From: an uncultured Gammaproteobacteria bacterium
GTDB lineage: Bacteria > Patescibacteriota > Patescibacteriia > SG8-24
Reading direction: 5' to 3'
DNA: 64,000 nucleotides
NCBI GenBank assembly: GCA_964491475.1
Contig: CAZBFO010000004.1
Coordinates: 67,290-131,289, forward strand
Shown: piece by piece, positions 57,593 through 64,000 of the stretch
Numbering within the stretch: the stretch's first letter is position 1
How the letters are laid out: each line of letters opens with the position of its first letter
Made by a program: the position numbers and the translations under genes
The notes under the pieces: generated by a model
Told to the model about the DNA's origin: nothing
Database searches by the model: none
Seen by the model: the letters and a program-made list of their open reading frames with translations, nothing else

Positions 57593-57743
57593 CGTTTCAA
57601 TCTCTCCTGTTTGCGTTGTCAACGACCGTTTCAGCGCCAGAGGCCTGTGCCACGTAGCACAGACAGATAACGATAAATAAGCCGTTTTGTCAAGGCGGGC
57701 GGGAATAAAAAACCGGCAGCCAGATGCCGCCGGGTAGAGTGTC

Positions 57744-58043
57744 CTATCGCCCTTCGGAACGCGGAATCGCCTTGCCCAGCACCTCGTCGAGCAGTTCGAC
57801 GACCTTGTGCGGGTCATGCTTTCCGCCGGAGAGGTAGGACCGCATGGTCAGGCAGGCCCGATACAAATCGGGTGCCGCCGCCATCAGCGCCCACAGTTGC
57901 CGCGGCGTCAATTGCCGCTCTTCCAGGTTCGGCCTCTTGCCGACCAGCACCGGCACGACCACCGGGTCACCGAGGTTGAAGCGGTCTCCCGCATCCCCCG
58001 AGGGGACCATCTGTTTCCTTGCTCGAGTCCTTTTTGCCGCCAT
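57744..58043 (-). CDS. small hypothetical protein with phage-like LMAAAPDL motif
   Basis: GGGAGA SD, TTGACA upstream, terminator downstream. Confidence 0.6.
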   Translation of the reverse strand: MAAKRTRARKQMVPSGDAGDRFNLGDPVVVPVLVGKRPNLEERQLTPRQLWALMAAAPDLYRACLTMRSYLSGGKHDPHKVVELLDEVLGKAIPRSEGR

Positions 58044-58126
58044 GTCGTTCTCCCATTCTGAAAACGGTGAGCACATAGGGCATAGAGAATGAAAAAACTG
58101 ATTTTGTCAATGTTGGCGGGCTCGTC

Positions 58127-58155
58127 TTGACACCGGCGGAGGTCGGTGGCACAAT
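58127..58155 (+). promoter_or_regulatory. sigma70 promoter of rpsP
   Basis: TTGACA-17-CACAAT with TG extension. Confidence 0.65.
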
Positions 58156-58314
58156 CGTGCTGCTGTAGGAACCCGGGGTTGCTCATCCCGTCAGTTCCGC
58201 AAACTCGCGGCGTCCGACCGCATCGACCGAGACCATCTATCTCGAGACTGCATCGGACCTGCCGCATCCAAGGTGCCGAACCGGCACTTTCAATTATCTT
58301 TCATCCACTCAAGC

Positions 58315-58623
58315 ATGCTGGTCATCCGCCTCACCCGCGTCGGCAAGAAGAAGCAGCCGACCTACCGCCTCATCGTCCAGGAGAAGTCGCAGGACCCCTG
58401 GGGCAAGTCCAAGGAAATCGTCGGCAACTACAACCCCCGCACTAACCCCAAGTCGATCAGCCTCAAGGCCGATCGCATCAAGTACTGGATCGGTCTGGGG
58501 GCCCAGCCGTCCCCGTCGGTCCACAACCTCTTGGTGGACGCCAAGGTCCTGACCGCCGAAAAGCGGCCCGCCGCCTCCGGCACGGGCAAATCCGGCGCAA
58601 AGGAAGCCGCAGCCAAGGAGTAA
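58315..58623 (+). CDS. rpsP: 30S ribosomal protein S16
   Basis: MLVIRLTRVGKKKQPTYRLIV...G.YNP...YWI..GAQPS. Confidence 0.97.
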   Translation: MLVIRLTRVGKKKQPTYRLIVQEKSQDPWGKSKEIVGNYNPRTNPKSISLKADRIKYWIGLGAQPSPSVHNLLVDAKVLTAEKRPAASGTGKSGAKEAAAKE

Positions 58624-58695
58624 AAAACAGACATGTCAAAACGCCCCCGCAACGGGGCGTTTTTGATTTTCCTGATGAAGTTATCAACGTCCGTT

Positions 58696-58724
58696 TTGAC
58701 AGCCTCCACGCTCGCTTTTATACT
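58696..58724 (+). promoter_or_regulatory. sigma70 promoter of khpA
   Basis: TTGACA-17-TATACT. Confidence 0.75.
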
Positions 58725-58835
58725 AGACGCAGTTCCCGCCTCGCGGGAATCCGCGCCGAAAAGGACGCGGCTATTCATTAGAAGGATGCACCTTCTTCAC
58801 CCGGAGCGACCGGGAAAGAGCGTCACCGCCAAGAT

Positions 58836-59207
58836 ATGGCAGAACGGTTTTCCGATCAGGAATTCGTCGAATACGTCGTTAAGGGAATTGTCGGTCATCC
58901 GGAAGACGTCAAAACCGAAAGGACCATCGATGAGCGCGGAGTCCTCATCACGCTGCACATCAATCCGGAAGACATGGGCTACGTCATAGGCCGCCAAGGT
59001 CAGACCGCCCGATCCATCCGCACGCTGCTCAAGATCGTCGGCGCCAAGAACAACGCCCGCGTGAACCTCAAGATCTACGAGCCGGAAGGCAGCCGCCGCG
59101 CCCATCGTGAGCGCCAGGAAGCCGAAGGCCACCATGAGCCGGCCCACGCTGCCGCCTCGGTCAGCCGCGAGGACATCGACACCTCGGCCGTCGACCTCAC
59201 CATCTAA
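58836..59207 (+). CDS. khpA: KH-domain RNA-binding protein KhpA
   Basis: EDMGYVIGRQGQTARSIRTLL GxxG KH motif; downstream of rpsP. Confidence 0.92.
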   Translation: MAERFSDQEFVEYVVKGIVGHPEDVKTERTIDERGVLITLHINPEDMGYVIGRQGQTARSIRTLLKIVGAKNNARVNLKIYEPEGSRRAHRERQEAEGHHEPAHAAASVSREDIDTSAVDLTI

Positions 59208-59336
59208 GCGACCAAAAAGACGTCCGATTCGCCTCGGACGTTTTTGTTTGCGCCAGCACCGCAAACCCTTGATTTTTACGCGGAAACGTGTCATAACTTC
59301 ACGCAGTCCCTTCAAAGGACGGAAAAGGAACGTGCC

Positions 59337-60287
59337 ATGGCAGGCACCGCCAAAAAAGAATTCACCGGCCGAAACGACGGCTTTCAGAAGTACATCCAGC
59401 AGTGGGTTGGTCACGCGCTGCTCACGAAGGAACAGGAATACGACCTGATTCGCCGAGCGCAGGAAGAGGAACGCCAGCGCCTGGCGAACAAAAGCAAGCT
59501 GAAGCGACTCGGCAGAAAGGGCGCACGCCCGAAACGGAAGCCGAAGAAGCCCGTGGCGATGACCGCACTGGTCAATGCCAACGTGAGGCTGCTGCTCTCC
59601 ATCGCGCAGAAGTTCAACCGAGCGGGTGCGCTCCGCGGCGTCTACCTGGAAGACCTTTTTAACGTCGCCGCAATCGGCCTGAACAAGGCCGTGCTGAAGT
59701 TCGACTTCACCATGGGCTGCCGGCTCAACACCTATGCGACCTGGTGGATAAGGCAGGAACTGGCCAGGGCGCTGAACGACCTCGGCAGCACCATCCGGCT
59801 TCCCGTCTACGTGACCGAAGATCGCCGCAAGCTGCGGCGAGCGGCAAACCTCTACCAAGCCGAATTCGGACGCGAACCGGACGAAGAGGCGCTGGGCCAG
59901 ATGGTCCGCCTGCGTTCAGGCCGGGTGCAGGCCGTTTTGGACGCGCCTGCCGAGCCGTACTCGCTCGACAAACCGGCGCGAAGCCATGACGGGTCCTCCG
60001 ACATGCCCGGCACCATGCTGGACATGATGGCCGACACCGCGCACGAAGGGGAGTCCGCCGAGGACAAGGTGCTGCGTTCGGAAAAATACGCAGCGCTGAA
60101 CGCCGCTGCCGAACGGTGCCTCGACGAAAGGGCGCGCGAGATCTTGCGCTGCCGCTTCCGCGACGAGATGACGTTGGACGAGACCGCGGCCGCCATCGCC
60201 GAGCCGGGCGAAATGCCGCTCTCGCGCGAACGCATCCGGCAAATCGAAACGGCCTCGCTCGAACGGCTCCGCAAAGTCCTGCGGTAG
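59337..60287 (+). CDS. accessory sigma70-family factor (RpoD/RpoS-like, no region 1.1)
   Basis: LLTKEQE (1.2), NANVRL, GLNKAVLKFD...TYATWWIRQ (2), TIRLPV, SLDKP (3), SRERIRQIE (4.2). Confidence 0.88.
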   Translation: MAGTAKKEFTGRNDGFQKYIQQWVGHALLTKEQEYDLIRRAQEEERQRLANKSKLKRLGRKGARPKRKPKKPVAMTALVNANVRLLLSIAQKFNRAGALRGVYLEDLFNVAAIGLNKAVLKFDFTMGCRLNTYATWWIRQELARALNDLGSTIRLPVYVTEDRRKLRRAANLYQAEFGREPDEEALGQMVRLRSGRVQAVLDAPAEPYSLDKPARSHDGSSDMPGTMLDMMADTAHEGESAEDKVLRSEKYAALNAAAERCLDERAREILRCRFRDEMTLDETAAAIAEPGEMPLSRERIRQIETASLERLRKVLR

Positions 60288-60378
60288 TCCCGCGCCCGTC
60301 CTTCATGGACGGGCTTTTTGTTTGCCGAAGCGCTCTCGTCTGGTGGCGCCGGTGCTGTCATACTTACGAGACTCGCCT

Positions 60379-62121
60379 ATGTCAGCCCGCACCCGCCACC
60401 TGTTCGCCTTCTCCGCATGCGCCCTGCTGGCCGTCGTTTTCACTTGGCCGCTGGCAGCGCACATGAACGCCAGCTTCCCGTCAGCCGGCGTGTGGACCGC
60501 CGGCGACCCCGAAATGTTCATCTGGTGGTTCGATGTCGCCGCCAAGTCGTTGCGCGGCGCCTTGCCGACCGCTGCGTCAAAAATGCTGTTCTGGCCCAAC
60601 GGCATCAACCTGCTGGCCGGCTATGACGGCCCGCTGATGCTGGCCGTCGGCGTCCCCCTCACGCTGCTTTTCGGCAATCCCGTCCTAGCCTACGACCTGT
60701 TCATCCTGACCGCGCTTGCAGGCTCGGCGTTTGCCGCATACTTGTTGGGAATGCGGCTCACCCGTTCCTGGCCTGCGGCCATGTTGGTCGGCTTCCTCTT
60801 CGGCTTGAGTCCCTACATGCTTGTGCGTGCCGCGCAGCACCCCAACCTGCTGATGACCGGAACGCTGCCGCTGCTGCTGCTTGCCGCCTTTCGCTGGCTC
60901 GACCGACCGAAAGACAAAAGCTCTTACGCCTGGCTGGCATTGGCCGCGGCCGCAAATGCGGCATCGTCATGGTATTACGCCATCGCGGGACTCATTTTCC
61001 TGGCGATACTTTTTCTTTTCCAAGCCGACACCTGGCGAAAAAATGCGGCGCGTCTGATCGCTGCAGTTGCGGCCGTCGGCGTGGGAACAGGAATAGTCGC
61101 GCTTCCGCTGCTGTTCTCTCCCACCGGGGGAAGCGCGCCGTCCAGCGCGGCGTTCGTCGCTCGCATGGGTGCCAAGCCCATCGACTTCATCCTTCCGAAC
61201 GCGCTCACCAACGTCTTCGGCGATCTGCGCCGCGGCCTTCGCGATGACCCGCCAGCCTCCGACACGTTGCCCACGCCGAACGTGTTCGAACGGTCCTCCT
61301 ACTTCGGCATTCCGCTGCTGGTACTGGTTGCCATCTTCGCATGGCGACGGCGCACTTCAACATTGCCCGTGCCCGCTTTCTGGATTTGCGCCCTGATAAC
61401 GTTCACCTTGCTGTCCCTCGGCACCGAGGTCACCGTCCTCGGCCAACATCTCCCGATGCCCTTTGCGCTGCTGCGAGGTCTCTTTCCCTTCTCGCTGGCA
61501 CGCGTCCCAAACAGGTTCTTTGTGGGCGCCCTCCTCTGCGCGGCCGTGATGGCCGGCGACGTCGCTGCCCGATGGCTGGCGCAAAAACGCCTCCTTACCT
61601 TCGCGAATCGGGCCACGGCGGCCTGCTTCGGCATCATGTTCGTCGCAGAACGGCTCATCTTCCCCTATCCGATCTTCACCCAAGAAGTCTCCTCTTTCTT
61701 CGTAAGCATGGCCGCAGACCGGGACTTTTATGCCGTTGCCGACCTTCCCATCCCCTACACGGAGTTCAGCGAGTTCGACTACTACCAGATCCATCATGGC
61801 AAACCGACGACCGGCGGCGCCTACTATTACCCCGCGTACACGCCCGAGGTGCTTTCCTTCATCCGCAAGAATCCGCTGCTGGCCGCTTCGCTGTGCACGC
61901 CGCGCTTGCCCCACCCGAATCCCATCGACCTTGCTCGCGAAGTCTGGCCCGCCTTCCGCGGACAGAACGTCCGCTACGTCATCATTCACAACCTCCTGCT
62001 CCACGACATCCCGGAATGCGCCGGCATCCAGCAGACGCTCCGCGAGACGTTCCGGGAGCTCACGCCGTACTTTGCCGATGGCGACATCACCGTCTACCGT
62101 GTCCCCGCCCCAAACCGGTAG
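60379..62121 (+). CDS. polytopic membrane protein, GT-C/YfhO-like glycosyltransferase
   Basis: TWPL, GD..MF.W, FWPNG..L, many TMs, YFG, RVPNRF, YQIHHGKP..GG, VRYVIIH. Confidence 0.7.
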   Translation: MSARTRHLFAFSACALLAVVFTWPLAAHMNASFPSAGVWTAGDPEMFIWWFDVAAKSLRGALPTAASKMLFWPNGINLLAGYDGPLMLAVGVPLTLLFGNPVLAYDLFILTALAGSAFAAYLLGMRLTRSWPAAMLVGFLFGLSPYMLVRAAQHPNLLMTGTLPLLLLAAFRWLDRPKDKSSYAWLALAAAANAASSWYYAIAGLIFLAILFLFQADTWRKNAARLIAAVAAVGVGTGIVALPLLFSPTGGSAPSSAAFVARMGAKPIDFILPNALTNVFGDLRRGLRDDPPASDTLPTPNVFERSSYFGIPLLVLVAIFAWRRRTSTLPVPAFWICALITFTLLSLGTEVTVLGQHLPMPFALLRGLFPFSLARVPNRFFVGALLCAAVMAGDVAARWLAQKRLLTFANRATAACFGIMFVAERLIFPYPIFTQEVSSFFVSMAADRDFYAVADLPIPYTEFSEFDYYQIHHGKPTTGGAYYYPAYTPEVLSFIRKNPLLAASLCTPRLPHPNPIDLAREVWPAFRGQNVRYVIIHNLLLHDIPECAGIQQTLRETFRELTPYFADGDITVYRVPAPNR

Positions 62122-62166
62122 CCAGCTTGTCAGGACGCCTCTTTCACGCTAGAGTAGCCAGTCACT

Positions 62167-62844
62167 ATGCGATTCGACGTACTGACCATCTTCCCCGCGA
62201 TGTTCGAGAGCTATTTCTCGGAATCCATCATCAAGCGCGCTCGCGAGCGCGGCCTTTTGGACATCCGCGTGCACGATCTCCGCGCCTGGGCCGAAAACAA
62301 GCACAACCGCGTCGACGACAAGCCCTACGGCGGCGGTCCGGGCATGGTCATGCAGGTCGGACCGTTCTATCGGGCGCTCAAGGCCCTCAAAGCGCTCACG
62401 CCGACCACGCGCAAGAAGATCCGAATCATCCTCATGTCCGCCAAGGGCAAGCGCTTCACGCACAAGGACGCCGTCCGCCTGGCAAAATACTCGCGCATCG
62501 TGCTGCTGTGCGGCCGCTACGAGGGCGTCGACGAGCGCGTGGCCGAACATTTGGCTGACGAGGAAATCTCCATCGGCGATTTCGTGCTGACCGGCGGCGA
62601 ACTGCCGGCCATGACGCTCATCGATTCGGTTTCGCGCCAGGTCAAAGGTGTCCTCGGCAAAAGCGAATCGCTGGCGCGCGAATCGCACGCCGAACCGGGC
62701 CTGACCGAACATCCCCAATACACCCGTCCTGAAGTCTTCGAGCCAAAGAAAGGCCAACGCTGGTCAGTCCCCGACGTTCTGGTGGGCGGCGACCACGCCA
62801 AAATCGAGGCTTGGCGCAAAAAGCAGCAAAAGCCGGCCAAGTAG
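62167..62844 (+). CDS. trmD: tRNA (guanine37-N1)-methyltransferase
   Basis: TIFP, VDDKPYGGGPGMV, CGRYEGVDERV, SIGDFVLTGGE, PQYTRP. Confidence 0.98.
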   Translation: MRFDVLTIFPAMFESYFSESIIKRARERGLLDIRVHDLRAWAENKHNRVDDKPYGGGPGMVMQVGPFYRALKALKALTPTTRKKIRIILMSAKGKRFTHKDAVRLAKYSRIVLLCGRYEGVDERVAEHLADEEISIGDFVLTGGELPAMTLIDSVSRQVKGVLGKSESLARESHAEPGLTEHPQYTRPEVFEPKKGQRWSVPDVLVGGDHAKIEAWRKKQQKPAK

Positions 62845-62945
62845 GCCCGATATTGCGCGCAGGAAGGGAGAGGTATAGGATTGCTATTGCCATCTCCAAG
62901 GGTGGCGGCCGTCACAGTCCTTTCCCCGGGAAACAGGAGACAGCG

Positions 62946-63149
62946 ATGTCGTTCTTCAGCAAAATCGCAGCGTGCACCGCGCTGGCGTTCGCCGTCATGG
63001 CGATTTCACCGGCAACCGCCGAGGCAAGCCACAAGGGCAAGACGCACTCGGCCCAACAGGCCAAGAAGCATGGCAAGAAGCATGCCAAGCCTCGGCACCA
63101 CAAGAAGGGCCATCACAAGGCCCACAAGAAGGGCGCGCACAAGAAGTAA
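62946..63149 (+). CDS. small secreted His/Lys-rich peptide
   Basis: AGGAGA SD; signal peptide ending AEA; mature SHKGKTHSAQQAKKHGKKHAKPRHHKKGHHKAHKKGAHKK; terminator. Confidence 0.75.
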   Translation: MSFFSKIAACTALAFAVMAISPATAEASHKGKTHSAQQAKKHGKKHAKPRHHKKGHHKAHKKGAHKK

Positions 63150-63292
63150 GCGCCAGTCACGTCACCGCCCGACCCGCCTGATCAAGGCAGGGTCTTTTTT
63201 TACGCCCGGTCGCCACGTTGACAGGCCGGCATTTTTTTGCTTAGCTTTGAAGGTGTTCGACGCCACACGGCCTCACACGAGGAGCTCATTTC

Positions 63293-64000
63293 ATGGACGA
63301 CAACCGGCTCGAATTCATACAGCAACCGTGGGGATTCCGCAGAGACAAAACGCAGCCCGATTGGCTGCATTTCCCGAGGTTACGCTTGCTGCTGGGCTGG
63401 GGGCCCGGCATTCGGGAGTACTTCAGGAAGTCATCTCTGTCTGGTTTACGCACCATCGTCATTCCGGAGAGCGCGGACATCTCCCGTCCGCCCCTCGTCT
63501 GGCTTATGACCTGGTATGACGAGCACTTCCTCTTCAACACCCGCCTGCGTGAGAACGCCCCGCCGCTTGCCGTCTTTAGCGCCGGCAAGCAGAACCAGTG
63601 TTTCCGCCTCGGCGACGAAGGACTGCACAAGACCGAGCTGGACTCGACCATCAAAGGTCTGTTCCCAGTGAGCACATCTCCGGAGTTCGGAGTACGTCAC
63701 GCCGTCGACGATGACGGATCGCGGCTGGTGCTGGTTCAACGGTCCAAGCGGCTTAAGGCCAAATACCAGGAACGGATGAAACAGTTCGGCCTGGTGTACG
63801 CGCCCGGAACGGGCAAACGGGACAACAGCCCCGATGACCAACGCACGCCCAGCGAGCAGCACTTCGTCGAGTTCATCAGCGCAATCAAGCACGAGTACAT
63901 CGAGAAACGTGCCCGCGAACTCGAAAAGCACCCCGGCCTGCGACCGCCCAACTACGAGGAGCGTCGCAAGGCGCATATCCGATCTCGGCTCGGCGAGATG
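63293..64000 (+). CDS. hypothetical protein, 3' end outside window
   Basis: TTGACA promoter at 63218, GAGGAG SD, frame MDDNRLEFIQQPWG... open to window end (not in supplied ORF track). Confidence 0.65.
   Translation, partial: MDDNRLEFIQQPWGFRRDKTQPDWLHFPRLRLLLGWGPGIREYFRKSSLSGLRTIVIPESADISRPPLVWLMTWYDEHFLFNTRLRENAPPLAVFSAGKQNQCFRLGDEGLHKTELDSTIKGLFPVSTSPEFGVRHAVDDDGSRLVLVQRSKRLKAKYQERMKQFGLVYAPGTGKRDNSPDDQRTPSEQHFVEFISAIKHEYIEKRARELEKHPGLRPPNYEERRKAHIRSRLGEM

Noticed and set aside
6967-58043. Prophage, suggested by scattered phage-like small genes
   Set aside because: No capsid, terminase, portal, tail or integrase genes. The phage-like ORFs are isolated among core genes.
1-64000. CRISPR array, rRNA, IS transposase, retron or DGR reverse transcriptase
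   Set aside because: No regularly spaced repeats, rRNA-like tracts, or transposase/RT motifs were seen by eye.

Overview
GC-rich bacterial chromosome segment. It is most likely from a Patescibacteria/CPR genome (Parcubacteria, Uhrbacteria-like). This is inferred from VGAGC lipoboxes, a DUF5652-like protein, two TrmB regulators, a CPR-type repeat fused to a phosphodiester glycosidase, a short SMC and core genes lacking Shine-Dalgarno (SD) sites. Housekeeping genes (ftsH, pilB/gspE, tsaE-tsaD, tRNA-Glu, hsp20, znuABC-zur, clpP, nrnA, smc, rpsP-khpA, trmD) alternate with many mono- or bicistronic accessory cassettes, most with their own sigma70 promoter, strong SD and terminator. Cofactor genes cluster at 11-25 kb (CoaD-CoaE fusion, nadK, apbE plus FMN-binding lipoprotein, Nudix, nadA). 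I found no CRISPR array, rRNA, integrase or transposase. Best leads: (1) a TGTAC-N7-GTACA operator shared by the nadA/TrmB and nadK/oxygenase divergons; (2) a promoter-driven ~150-nt rod-shaped RNA candidate after vanW; (3) a hinge-less 772-aa SMC; (4) a GHKL-ATPase/HExxH fusion with a coupled leader ORF; (5) a REPIN-like cruciform between zur and clpP; (6) a boxA-like GTTC(C/T)TT motif near the +1 of accessory transcripts; (7) several apparently catalytically dead exported enzyme homologues. All family calls come from motif recognition by eye, not database searches. Start codons were re-chosen where the SD or promoter context suggested it.
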